A stretch of 64,000 bases of DNA from an uncultured Actinomycetes bacterium (GTDB lineage: Bacteria > Actinomycetota > UBA4738 > HRBIN12), in contig CAVPIB010000001.1 in NCBI GenBank assembly GCA_963704885.1, positions 896,001 to 960,000 on the forward strand, read 5' to 3'. The notes below the pieces were generated by a model. The model saw only the letters and a program-made list of their open reading frames with translations. It did no database searches and had not been told where the DNA came from. A program made the translations under genes and the position numbers. The first letter of the stretch is position 1, and the number at the start of each line of letters is the position of its first letter. Shown in pieces: positions 27,824-38,077 of this stretch.

Positions 27824-30800
27824 TCAGTCTTCGGCGTGCAGGCGGTGCAGCTCCTGAACCAGGAGCTGCTCCTCGGACTCGCCCCAGTTCTCGCCCTGTG
27901 CGGCCTCACCTGCGGGCGGCTCGGCCACGACGATCTGCAGCGTGCCTCCGGAGGGGGCCTCTTGACCGGAGCCCGCCTCTTCGCCGTCGGCCGGAGGCGC
28001 AACAGGCGCCTCGCCACCTGGGCCGCCGTCGGGCAGGAAGACACGGAACGCCGATCCGCCGCCGTCGCGGCTCTCGATCCGGGTCCAGCCGCCCTTGCAT
28101 CTCCACGAACCGTTCCACGACGGGACTGAGCGATCCGTCAGACGAGGGCTCGGGGTCTTCGACCGAGATCAGAGCGCCTCCATCGAGGTGAGCCAGGCGA
28201 ACGGTGATGCCCTTGCCCGGGGGCGTGCGGTCGCCGCTCGCCCGCAGCAGGCCCGCCAAGACCTGCTCCGCGCGCAGCGCGTCCACGGCCACGATCAGCG
28301 ACTCGCTATCGATACGGACGTCGTGGTCGGTGCCGACGCCGGACTCCTCCACGACACGCTTGACCAACGCCTCCAGGTCGGTGCGCTTGATCGTCAGATC
28401 GACGACGCCGTGCGCCAACGCGTCGGCGTCGGCCAGGTCGGCCACCGTATGGCCCAGTCGGCGTGCCGCAGCGGTCAGCTGCTTGATCAACTGTGCCTGC
28501 TCCTTGGAGTCCTTCTTGAACTTCATGATCTGCGTGAGGCCCAGGATGTGGGAGAGCGTCTTGTTCGCGTCGAGCGACAGCTCCTTGGTGAACGGTGAGG
28601 CAGCGCGGCGATCCTCGAGAGGCTCGCCGGCTTCGGCATCAGCTCCGGCAGCGGCCGCCGGTTCCGACGAGGTCTGCAGGTCGTGCAGCGCCTTCTCCAT
28701 CTGGAGGTGTCGCAGCTCGGCCTCGACCTCTTCCAGTCGCACGATCGTCTCCGCGAACTGCCGCTCAGCGGAGTGCGCGCGCTCTTCGACCTCGATGAGC
28801 TTCTCGGTCTGGCTGGCCAGACGCTCCTGGCTCGCTCGCAGCACCTGCTCCGTGTCCGGGTCCGGCAGGGTCTGAGCGGCAGCGGCGGCCAGCTCGGCGG
28901 CGTGTCGGGCCTCCGACTCGGCCACCGTGCGGGACAACTCATCACGTTCGACGGTGATGCGCCCCAGGTCCCCGGTCGCTTGGGCGGCCTCCTCGCGCGC
29001 GGTTCGGAGTTCTTGCTCGACGCGGTCGGCCCGCTCGGTCAGCTCCACGCCGCGACCGAGCTCTGTTTGGATCTCCGCGTTGGCAGCAGCCAGCTCCAGG
29101 CGGATCTCCTCGCGTTCGCGTGCCGCGAGCTCCTGCTCGCGCTCCGCCTGTTCCCGCAGACGGCTCGCGTCCGCCAGCTCTCGCTGGAGGGTTTCGATCT
29201 CGGTCCGCGAACGCATCAGCTCTTCGTTCGCCTTCGCGACCTGTTCGTTCCGCGACGAACCGTGTTGGGTGGCGGCTGCGATCTCGTCGCGCGAGGCCTG
29301 CAGGTCCGCGAGCGCCTTCTCGAGTTGCGATCGCGTCTCGCGCAGCTCGACGTTCGCGCTGTCGGAGGCCGCCGTCACCTCGGCGATCCGGCGAGTCAGC
29401 TCTTCATCGCGCTGGCTCAACCGCAGCTCGAGCGAGGATGCCTGTTGCGCCATCTCCTCCTGAAGCGTGGCCTCGCGCTCGGCCAGACGATGCTGGAGCT
29501 CGGCCTCGCGCTCGGCCGCCTCGGCCGTGAGCGTCGCTGCACTTTGTGCTGCCTCCGCCGTCAGCGCGGCTTCGCGATTCGCGGCTTCCTTGGCGAGCGC
29601 TTCTTCGCGCTCGGCCAGCTGGCGCTTCGCCTGCGTTTCCATCTCCACGATCTGCGTCTGGAACTCCTCGCGGGTCCGACGCACCTGTTCCTCTAGATCG
29701 GCCTCGCGCTCCACCAGGTCCGCGCGGTGCGACGCCTTCACGCTGTCGAGCTCCGCACGGGTCGCCCGGAGCTCCTCGCCCAAGACAGTCGCCTTCTGTT
29801 CCTCGGCGCGGAGCACGCGCATCTCGTTGCGCACGTCCTCCAGCTCGGTGTTGGCTCGTGCCAGCTCTGCCTGTGCCGATTCCAAGGACTCCCGCGTGTG
29901 CAGCGCTTCGACGTGAGCGGCGTCCAGATCCTCGTGCATCTCCTGCGCGCGCGCGGCCTGGGACTTGAGCGTGTCGAGCTCCCGGCGGGTCACGGAGAGC
30001 TCGGTGTGAGCCCCCTCGAGCTCGGCCCGCAGGCCGATCGCCTCTTGTTCGACCTGGCGGGCCCGGTGGTCGAGCGCCGGATCCGGCCTGTTCTTGGCCT
30101 GCTCGGCGATGTGGCGAGCGAGCTTGTCACGCTCGGTCCCCATGGCCTTCAGCTGGCCCTCCAGAAGCCGGACGTGACCTTCGGCCTTCAGGAGGCGTCC
30201 CTCCAGCTCGGGATCGAGCGCGCCGGGCTGCGGCCGCTCGTGCACCGACTTCTGCGTGACATGCAACTGCTCCAGGGTCTTGCGGTACTGCTCCTGGATC
30301 ACGGAAAGGCGTTGCTCGGCCGTCTCGGCCCGTTCCTCCGCCTTGCGTCGCGCGTCGCCCTCTTCGCGCAGGCCGGGGGACGGCAGCTCGATCGGACGCT
30401 GCACCGGAGGCATGGCCGCAGCCGCCGCGGCGGCTCGGGCGCTCGAGGGGACGAAGTTGGCCATAGCCACCGCCGAGGCGGAGAGGCGCATCACCTTGTA
30501 CAGGAAGACGAACGCGACGACGGCACTGATAGCCATGAAGATGGCGGCGAACTGCCAGGGCCGGCCGGCCGCGGCGATGGGGCCGTCGGGTCGCGCGAGT
30601 TGGACGGCGGCCGCGATGGGCGCGTCCGACCGAAGATGCAGTGGCACGAGCACGGAGAAGGAGCCGTCGCGCTGGTCCCAGGACACGGTGCCGCGCGTTG
30701 TGGCGTCGGTGACGGCACTTCGAGCTTCATCTGGCCGTTGTCCGATGAGTGCCCGGTCCGTGGCGTAGACGATGGTGCCGTCCGTCGACCAGATGGCGAC

Positions 30801-31079
30801 ATCGTCGTAGGGCGTGGGGTCCAACACGACCGGCGTGATCTTGACCGTGATCTGGTCGGCCTCCGTGGAGCTCGCCGTGGAGTTCACGTCGGACGGCGAC
30901 AGTACGAGTGGCAGGGAGTTCTCGACGATGGAGCGCGCCTGGTCAACCGCGTTCGTCTTCGCCTGGTTGATGGCATTAACGCTCAGCAGGATCGAGGCGA
31001 TCGCGCCCACGGCTAGGAGCGCTGCCAATACAAGCAGCATCGTCCGAGCGATGCGATAAACGCTCCTCGTGCCGGCCAT
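27824..31079 (-). CDS. Membrane sensor-like protein with ~600-aa coiled coil and a degenerate (pseudo) histidine kinase module; frameshift at about 28092
   Basis: TM, Cache-like domain (IWSTDGTIVYATD), TM, then E/A/R/Q heptads. H-box reads SLDANKTL (no His), N-box QVLAGLLRAS, G1 VEDPEPS. Removing one G restores GGWTRIESRDGGGSAFRVFLP, ending at TGA 27824. Confidence 0.75.
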
Positions 31080-31246
31080 CGTTCCCCTTGCGACGTATGG
31101 ACCCAGCTCAGGTATCGGCTCGCTTAGGGGGGAGCCGTAGTCGGTCAGAGGTGGGATATGGTCGGAGCCAGGTAGGTCCTAGGGTGTACCCCGCCCAGGG
31201 CTCGGCGGGCGCCGAAGGTCGCGGAAGGCCTCGGACGTCGCCGGGG

Positions 31247-33784
31247 CTACGCCGCCGGGCCGGCTCCCGAGCGGACGATCGTGTCGCCGGTGACCTCGTG
31301 CTTGTCCAAGACGATCAGGTCTTCGATCGCCTCGCGCATCTCCGCCACGTGACTCACCAGCACGACCAAGCGCCGATCGTCGGCGGAGACCAGGCGGCCG
31401 ATGCCCTCCATGGCGCGGTCCAGATGATCGGGATCGAGGCTGCCGAACCCCTCATCCAGGAAGAAGGAATCTAGGCGTCCGCCGCCGCGCGCGACCATCT
31501 CCGCCAGCGCGAGCGCGAGTGCGAGGGAGGCCAGGAATGTCTCGCCACCCGAAAGGCTGTCGGCCTTCCGCTTGGTGCCGGCGGCGTTCAGGTCCAAGAT
31601 CTCGAACCGGTCGTCGTCGGTGAACCTGTATGCGCTGTCGGTCAGCTGCTCGAAGTGTTCGCTTCCCAGCTCCGCCAGCTCCGAGCGCTCCTCCTCTAAG
31701 AGGAATCCCAGGAAGCGGGAGGGCTGCAGGTCGTCGGCCAGGCGCTTCGCGACCCCTCTGCGCGACTCGGTCTCCAAGACCCTTCGCTCCAGGTCGCTCG
31801 CCGCCGCGATCCGCTCTTCCAGCTCGGTCACCAGCGCAGCCGCCGTGCCGTGCGCCACCCCCGCGTCGGCCAGCGCCCGTCGGAAGTCGTCTGTGGGAGC
31901 CAGGCCGAGCGACTCGAGCAGCGCGCCGCGGGCCGCGATGCCCTCCTGCACCCGGACCGCGGCTTCGTCCCGCTCCTCTGACGATCGCTCGTGCCGGGCG
32001 ACGATCGCCTCACGCACGTCGGCGAACGCGGTCTCGATCGTGGCCGGCTCGGCAGGTACGTCGCGATCCTCGTCGAGCCGGCCCCAGATGCCGGACAGTC
32101 GGTTCGCGAGCTTGGCGATCATCGCGCCGGCATCCTCGGCCCGCCGAACCGACTCCTCGTGGGCCGAACGCGCGCGCTCGACCGCGGTCCGCGCCTGGTC
32201 CACCGCGAGCTCCGCGGCGGCGAGCTCCGCCTGCCGGGCTTCGAAGAGCGAGCGGACGTCTCCCTCCTCGCCCAGCCACTCGACCAGCTGGCTCTTGGTG
32301 GCGTCGAGCGCGGAGTCGGCCGCCGTCGTGGCCGCGGTGGCGCGCTCGAGGACGGCCTCCGCCCTGGCGATGCCGGTGCTCGCCTCGCCGACGGCTGTTC
32401 GCGCCGACGCGTCGTCGGCTGCGCACCGCTCCTTCTCGATTCGCGCGCGCGCCTCGTCCCGCTCGGCCTTGGCCAGGGCCTTCTCGGCGGCCGCGACCTT
32501 CGGGGCGGCCCCGGCCTTTGGGATCGTGTGCACGTCCTGTCTGCAGACGGGACAGGGCTCACCGGCCTCGAGCGTCCCGCGGAGTTCGTGGGCCATCTCG
32601 GCATGCTTCGCGTCCATGAGGGAAACGCGCGCGGTCTCGACGACCTGGAGCACGGCGGTAAGCGCGCGATCGGCGGCGGCGAGAGCGTCGGTCGCCTCCA
32701 CCGCAGAGGTCTCTCGCTCCTCGGCCAGGGACCGCTGGGTCGCGAGCTCCACGTCGGCGCGATCGGCCTCGGCGCGCGCGGAACGCAGTTCGTCGATCTG
32801 GCGTTCGTGCGCTTGCACCAGGTGTTCGAACGAGCGGAACTGCTCGCGGTCTCCATGCCGAGAGGCCACGTCCGCCAGCTCGGCCTCCCGTTCCTTGCGG
32901 AGCTGCTCGACCTGTTCACGCGCGGCCTTCGCGTCCGCGACGCGCGCTTCAGCGTCACGCGCGGCAGCGATCGCGATCTCCACGTCGGGTGCGGAGGGCA
33001 GTGCCGCCACGATCTCCTCAAGAGCAGCGATCCGCGCTGTCGCGGCCTCGGCGTCGCCCGCCGCCGCGTCCCGCTCCTTCTCCAGGCGCTCGATCTCGGG
33101 TCCGGCCTTGTCCAGGGCCGCCAACCGAGCCTGCGAGGCCCCGGCTGTCGCCCTCGCCTGATCCAGCCTGCCCCGGGCCTCGGAGACACGCTCGCGTTCC
33201 TTCTCGAAAGAGGCCAGCTCCATCTCCACGCGGTCCAGCCGGGACTTCGCCACGCGCAGGGCGTCGTCGAGCCGTTCGAACCCGAACACGCCCTTCAGAA
33301 CAGCGTCGCGCTGGGCGGGCGTCGCCTTCAGGAACTCCGCGAAGCGATTCTGCGCCAACAGCACCGAACGGCAGAACGTCTTGAAGTCCATCCCCAGGAG
33401 CTGCTCGATACGCGCGTTCATATCGCGTTCGAGGGTCACGGTCTCCACGATGTCCGCGTCCGGCTCGTCGGCGGCCAGCAGCTCGAGCTGGTGACCCGAC
33501 GCACCCTTTCGGCGGAGCGAGCGGACCGCTCGCCACACCTGTCCGTTCACCTGGAACCGCAGCTCCACGTGCGACTGGTCCGCGAGCTGGTGGATCAGCG
33601 TCTTGGTGGCGCCCTCCACCTGTGGCGTCTTGCCGTACAGCGCGAACGAGATCGCGTCGAGGATCGAGGACTTGCCCGAGCCGATCGGGCCGACGATCCC
33701 CACCAGTCGCCGATCGCGCCAGTCGAACGTGGCACGGCCGCGGTAGGAACGGAAGCCCTCAACGGTCAGCTCAAGCGGTCGCAT
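31247..33784 (-). CDS. sbcC: SbcC/Rad50 SMC-family ATPase
   Basis: GPIGSGKSS, LLAQNRF Q-loop, CPVC zinc hook, LSGGE signature, FLDEGFGSLD, VSH. Confidence 0.95.
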   Translation of the reverse strand: MRPLELTVEGFRSYRGRATFDWRDRRLVGIVGPIGSGKSSILDAISFALYGKTPQVEGATKTLIHQLADQSHVELRFQVNGQVWRAVRSLRRKGASGHQLELLAADEPDADIVETVTLERDMNARIEQLLGMDFKTFCRSVLLAQNRFAEFLKATPAQRDAVLKGVFGFERLDDALRVAKSRLDRVEMELASFEKERERVSEARGRLDQARATAGASQARLAALDKAGPEIERLEKERDAAAGDAEAATARIAALEEIVAALPSAPDVEIAIAAARDAEARVADAKAAREQVEQLRKEREAELADVASRHGDREQFRSFEHLVQAHERQIDELRSARAEADRADVELATQRSLAEERETSAVEATDALAAADRALTAVLQVVETARVSLMDAKHAEMAHELRGTLEAGEPCPVCRQDVHTIPKAGAAPKVAAAEKALAKAERDEARARIEKERCAADDASARTAVGEASTGIARAEAVLERATAATTAADSALDATKSQLVEWLGEEGDVRSLFEARQAELAAAELAVDQARTAVERARSAHEESVRRAEDAGAMIAKLANRLSGIWGRLDEDRDVPAEPATIETAFADVREAIVARHERSSEERDEAAVRVQEGIAARGALLESLGLAPTDDFRRALADAGVAHGTAAALVTELEERIAAASDLERRVLETESRRGVAKRLADDLQPSRFLGFLLEEERSELAELGSEHFEQLTDSAYRFTDDDRFEILDLNAAGTKRKADSLSGGETFLASLALALALAEMVARGGGRLDSFFLDEGFGSLDPDHLDRAMEGIGRLVSADDRRLVVLVSHVAEMREAIEDLIVLDKHEVTGDTIVRSGAGPAA

Positions 33785-34937
33785 CGGCCTCCTCCAGCAC
33801 GTCGCGAAAGAGTGCGAGCAGTTCGTCCGGCGCTTCTTCTTCGTGCTCGCGACGGAAGTACTCGGCGTAGAGGTCCTCCCACGAGCGGTGGCCCTTCGCC
33901 AGCCGAGCGCGCTGGGCGCCGGCGGGACGCTGGGCCCTCACGTTCACCAGGAACCCGAACGCCTGGTGAGCGCGCTCGGAGAGCGACACGTCGGTGCCGC
34001 TGGCCTTCACGGTCAGATCCAGGAACGCGTCGGCCAGCTCCTCGGCCCGCGCCTCGATCGCGTCCCACGTGTCGGTCACGCGGACGAGACGCCGGCCGCC
34101 GGTGATCGGAACCGTCTCGGCCACGGCCAGCCGGCCGGGCTCGGCATCTACGATCACGACCCGCTTGTGCTCGCCCGCCTCGCCGAAGTCGAGTGCCAGC
34201 AGCGAGCCGGCGTACTCGGCCGGGACGGGCGTGCCGGGGACCGTCTGCGGCGCGTGGATATGGCCCATCGCCACGTACTGCGGGCCGGGCGGTATCGCCT
34301 GCGCCGTGGCGGCGTAGGCATCGCCCATGTGGAGTTCCCGCTCGCCGCGCGCACCGTCGCGCCCCACGCGCACACCGTTAACCAGGAAGTGGGCCACCAG
34401 GATCGGGACCAGGTCGGCGCCGGCGAGTTCCACGAGCGCCTGGTTGTAACGGCCGGTGATCGCCGCCACCCGGTCCGCGTAGCCGCGGTACCACTCGCCG
34501 GCGTCCTTCATGAAGTCCACGACCTTCCCCTCCCGCAGGAACGGGAAACAGGCCACTACCGCGGGTAGGCCGCCGAGCTGGTCCGGGCCGATCACCCCCC
34601 CCTGATCCGGGCGCTTGATGCCGCCCACCAGGTGGACGCCCTGAGGACCGAGCAGCGGCGCGAGCGCCTCGAAGAGATCGGGGGAGTCGTGGTTGCCGGC
34701 CACCGCGATCACCGGTCGGCGCTCGGCGAGGCGCCGGAGCGTCTGCAGGCCGAGAGCAAGCGCGTCCATCTGCGGGATCGGCCGGTCCCAGACGTCGCCC
34801 GAGACGATCACGAGGTCGACGGCGCGTTCGTCGGCGATCCGTTCGACCTCCGCCAGGACGTCGCGGAACTCGTCCATGCGGTCGTGGCGGCCGAGCCGTT
34901 TGCCGATGTGCCAGTCCGATGTATGGAGGATCCGCAT
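33771..34937 (-). CDS. sbcD: SbcD/Mre11 nuclease
   Basis: HTSDWHIG, SGDVWD, AGNHDS, AH, MGHIH, YAGS. Confidence 0.95.
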   Translation of the reverse strand: MRILHTSDWHIGKRLGRHDRMDEFRDVLAEVERIADERAVDLVIVSGDVWDRPIPQMDALALGLQTLRRLAERRPVIAVAGNHDSPDLFEALAPLLGPQGVHLVGGIKRPDQGGVIGPDQLGGLPAVVACFPFLREGKVVDFMKDAGEWYRGYADRVAAITGRYNQALVELAGADLVPILVAHFLVNGVRVGRDGARGERELHMGDAYAATAQAIPPGPQYVAMGHIHAPQTVPGTPVPAEYAGSLLALDFGEAGEHKRVVIVDAEPGRLAVAETVPITGGRRLVRVTDTWDAIEARAEELADAFLDLTVKASGTDVSLSERAHQAFGFLVNVRAQRPAGAQRARLAKGHRSWEDLYAEYFRREHEEEAPDELLALFRDVLEEADATA

Positions 34938-34960
34938 GTTCCGGGAGGAGGCGTGCCGGG

Positions 34961-36697
34961 CTAGAGGCCCGCGAACGGGTCGCCGTCGGCGTCGGTCGCC
35001 ACTTCCTCCTTCCTTGTGGCCCAGGGCGGGAAGGGGAACGTCACGACGAGCGGCACCGGGATGGCCGGCTGCGACACGACCATGGTGCCGGGCTTGAGCA
35101 GGCGCGCCCTCGCGCGTGTAGACGGCAGCATCCAGCCGTATTCAGCGCGCTCGGCCTCGGCGGCGTCCAGGCGTCCGCTCACGCGGATCGCGGCATTCTC
35201 CAGGACCTCTTGCGCGACCCGCGAGGCCGTCTGCTGCGCGCCGACGAGCAGCACGCCCAGCGACCGTCCGCGTTGCGCGATGTCGACGAGCATGTCCTTC
35301 AAGGGCCCGGTGCCTTCGCGGGGCGCGTACTTGTTGAGCTCATCGAGCACGAGCACCGAAAGGGGCAGCCGCTGTCCCGACTCCTCCTTCTCGCGGAACG
35401 TCTCGTTCAGGAGCGCGCCGACCACGAACCGCTGCGCCTGGTCGTGCAGCGACTGGATCGCCACGACCGTGACGCTCGCCTTCGAACGATCGATGCGGCG
35501 GCTCTCCCCGGCCTTCACCAGCTGGCCCATGCGCGCGGCGCCGGCGTGGAGTCGCCGCATGAACGCCGAGACGGTTCCGCCCATCACCCGGCCGCTCCAT
35601 GCCCAGTCCGGCTCGGAGCCGTCAAGCGGCTCCAGGAACTCGCCGAGCGCGTCGACCAGCGAGGGGATGTCCGTCACCGTTCGCTCACCAGGTTGCGCCT
35701 TGACCTGCTGGCCGCGCCAGTTGCCGTCAGGCGCGTCGCGCGGATCGCGGAGCACGACCGCGCCCGGCATCCCTGCCACATCGACCGCGAAGCGTTTCAG
35801 CTGGGCCTGCACGCGTTCGCGGATGAACGGGATCTGGTTGCGCTGGTCGTTCGCATCGGTCAGTAGGAACTGCAGCAGCTCCTCGTCCACGAACTCGCGC
35901 GGCGTCCAGCTGAAGACGTCCACGCCCTCTTGGCGACCGCCCGTGTCGGGGACCACGACGTCGCCCGAGCGCGGGCGGGGCGGCGCCCAGAACCTGACCG
36001 AGGGGAACGGCCCGGGCTCCACGCCGAGCTTGGCCCAGCCGGCCGCGGCGTCCTCGTCGAAGAACCGGTTCGGCTTGTCCATCCAAAGGAGGTCTTCGCC
36101 CTTCACGTTGAAGACGAGCACGCGCAGGTTCGCGGCGCCCTCGCCCAGCAAGGCCGGGTTCCCGGTGAGCATCCTCAGGAAGAACAACGCGAACGACGTC
36201 TTGGTCGCCACGCCGCTGATCCCGCTGATCGACATGTGCCCGCCCTTACGCCCATCGAAGAAGTCCAGGTCCACGCTCACCGGCTCGCCGTCACGCCCGA
36301 TGCCGATCGGCAGCGGCCGGCCCATCTCGTCCAGGTAGAGCGCCTTCGCGCGCTCGTCGCCGGTCGCGCGCTGCACGACCTCGCCTGGATCGGGCGAGAC
36401 CCACACCTCCGGGTCCACACGTGTGACTGCGACGCGCGCGGAGCGGACCTTGGCCGCCGGCATGATCCCGAGCTCGGCGACGCGGTGGGTGTCGGACTCG
36501 TACGAGGCTCCTTCGTAGACCGCCTCGGCCTCGGTGACCACGCCGTAGGTCCGGATCTCGCCCGCCTTGGGCACCTGCGTTCGGACGACCACCAGATCGT
36601 CCAGCTGGAGGAAGTCGTCGTCGTCCAGGACCACGCGGAACTCGGCCGTGGAGGCGTGCTCGGAGCCCAGGACGCGGCCGACGCCGTCGCCGGTCAC
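34961..36697 (-). CDS. herA: HerA-family helicase/ATPase
   Basis: N-terminal HAS-barrel-like region; HMSISGISGVATKTS (variant Walker A), FNVKGEDL, LDELNKYAP, RGRSLG, GAQQ. Confidence 0.88.
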   Translation of the reverse strand: MTGDGVGRVLGSEHASTAEFRVVLDDDDFLQLDDLVVVRTQVPKAGEIRTYGVVTEAEAVYEGASYESDTHRVAELGIMPAAKVRSARVAVTRVDPEVWVSPDPGEVVQRATGDERAKALYLDEMGRPLPIGIGRDGEPVSVDLDFFDGRKGGHMSISGISGVATKTSFALFFLRMLTGNPALLGEGAANLRVLVFNVKGEDLLWMDKPNRFFDEDAAAGWAKLGVEPGPFPSVRFWAPPRPRSGDVVVPDTGGRQEGVDVFSWTPREFVDEELLQFLLTDANDQRNQIPFIRERVQAQLKRFAVDVAGMPGAVVLRDPRDAPDGNWRGQQVKAQPGERTVTDIPSLVDALGEFLEPLDGSEPDWAWSGRVMGGTVSAFMRRLHAGAARMGQLVKAGESRRIDRSKASVTVVAIQSLHDQAQRFVVGALLNETFREKEESGQRLPLSVLVLDELNKYAPREGTGPLKDMLVDIAQRGRSLGVLLVGAQQTASRVAQEVLENAAIRVSGRLDAAEAERAEYGWMLPSTRARARLLKPGTMVVSQPAIPVPLVVTFPFPPWATRKEEVATDADGDPFAGL

Positions 36698-36723
36698 GAG
36701 GTCTCTGCGGCCGACGCTGTCAT
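36694..36723 (-). other. Leaderless 9-codon mini-ORF (MTASAAETS*) whose stop overlaps the herA GTG
   Basis: TACGAT (36731-36736)-7nt-ATG; GTGA overlap with herA. Could instead be a frameshifted herA N-terminus. Confidence 0.4.
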
Positions 36724-36831
36724 GACGCGTATCGTAGCCGCGCCTTCCGATGGCGGGGGAGTTTCGAGCCGGCGGGAGCTTGGTCGCCTCAGCCGCCGAG
36801 GCTCGCGCATCTTCGCTCGTCAGACAACCAT

Positions 36832-36868
36832 GGGTCGGATGGCCCCACTTGATAGGGCCGGCGAACCC
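36832..36868. promoter_or_regulatory. Tandem DosR-like boxes upstream of DUF1918
   Basis: GGGTCGGATGGCCC (36832) and GGGCCGGCGAACCC (36855) resemble GGGAC-N4-G(T/G)CCC. Confidence 0.5.
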
Positions 36869-36919
36869 TCACGGACGCCTTCGGGTATCCCTACGTTGGG
36901 TTCCGGGAGGTGTCTAGAG

Positions 36920-37123
36920 ATGAAAGCAAGCGTTGGAGATCGGATAGTCGTTCGCGGGCACCACGTTGGCGAATCCGAGCGGGACGGCGAGATCCTGGAG
37001 GTGCGCGGCCCTGATGGCGGCCCTCCCTACCTCGTCAAGTGGTCGGCGGACGGACATGTCGGGTTCGTGTTCCCAGGTCCAGACGTGACGATCGAGCACT
37101 TCGAGAGCCACCTGTCCCGGTGA
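36920..37123 (+). CDS. DUF1918 domain protein
   Basis: MKASVGDRIVV, GEILEVRGPDGGPPYLVKW, GH-x-x-x-VFPGPD; SD GGAGG. Confidence 0.9.
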   Translation: MKASVGDRIVVRGHHVGESERDGEILEVRGPDGGPPYLVKWSADGHVGFVFPGPDVTIEHFESHLSR

Positions 37124-37140
37124 TCGCGGTTACGCCGTGG

Positions 37141-38070
37141 CTATGAGGCTTCCGGCTGGCTGACGGCTTGCCGCAGGGCCCGGTAGACGAGGCCGGGGTC
37201 GCCCATGCGATGTCGGAGTTGGCGTTCGAGTGCACCGATGGGCACCAGGTTCTGCGGCGCGCGGGGATCCATGTGGGCCTCCGAGGCGACGACGGGCAGC
37301 ACCGCGGCCGTCCGGTCGGCGATCACGCGCACCTCCTCCTTGGGGAGCTGGCCCGACGCCTCGCAGCGGACGATGCCGGTCCATGAATGGCCGCCTTGGA
37401 GCATGGCCAGACGCACGTACCAGGAGTAGCGCCGGTATCCCGCGATCGTGAACAGCGGCGTGCGCTGCCCGGGAGCGAGTTCGGCGATCACGGCGTTCTG
37501 CTCGGGTGGCAGGTAGGTGACGCGATGGCTCTTGATGTAGCCGACGACCGGCTTGGCCTCCAGCTCGTTCAGCGGCCCGTCGGCGATCACGAACGCATCG
37601 GCCGCGAGCACTGAGGCCGCCTCGCCTTCGGCCCGCCTCATCCGGGTGTGGAGCTCCTTCACCAGGTGGCCGGGGTCATCCGATGCCGTCGTGGTCGTCA
37701 GGTAAGGCGGCTCTAGGTCGACCACAGGCAGCTGCTCGGGTCGACCGCCCGCCAGAACGGCCCACCGCTCGACACGAACGTTCACGACTTCGGACCAGCG
37801 CTCCTCGCGGTCCCAGAGCGCCGCGCCCACGGCGAACGTTCCGCAGATCCCCGGGATCGGGCCGGCGATCGGATCGTCCAGGAGCAGGCGCGCATCGACG
37901 CGCCTCACACCATCAACGAACGCGATCCGGTTCGTGCCGTCGTCGGCGCCCTCGAGCGGCTCCCAATCCGTTACCTCGACCGTCGCGTCGATCGTCCCCT
38001 CGGCCGGGGCGAGCTGCTCGTCGAGCTCGAGGGGCGCGCCGTACTCGGGAGCCCATCCCTCGACGAACAT
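37141..38070 (-). CDS. nurA: NurA-family nuclease (bacterial type)
   Basis: FVDGVRR, IADGPL, GYIKSH, SWYVRL, DPRAPQNL-x-PI-x-ALE; context next to herA-sbcD-sbcC. Confidence 0.8.
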   Translation of the reverse strand: MFVEGWAPEYGAPLELDEQLAPAEGTIDATVEVTDWEPLEGADDGTNRIAFVDGVRRVDARLLLDDPIAGPIPGICGTFAVGAALWDREERWSEVVNVRVERWAVLAGGRPEQLPVVDLEPPYLTTTTASDDPGHLVKELHTRMRRAEGEAASVLAADAFVIADGPLNELEAKPVVGYIKSHRVTYLPPEQNAVIAELAPGQRTPLFTIAGYRRYSWYVRLAMLQGGHSWTGIVRCEASGQLPKEEVRVIADRTAAVLPVVASEAHMDPRAPQNLVPIGALERQLRHRMGDPGLVYRALRQAVSQPEAS

Positions 38071-38077
38071 CCGCGCC

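Noticed and set aside
31572-34105. Long antisense or alternate-frame ORFs (for example 31991..34105+, 35016..36338+, 40848..42953+)
   Set aside because: These are shadow ORFs expected at about 70% GC opposite or overlapping well-supported genes; no motifs.
31247-36697. Wadjet or Sir2-HerA/DUF4297-HerA defence system
   Set aside because: The SMC protein has a Rad50 zinc hook and a Mre11 partner. No JetA/B/D or Sir2-type effector is present.
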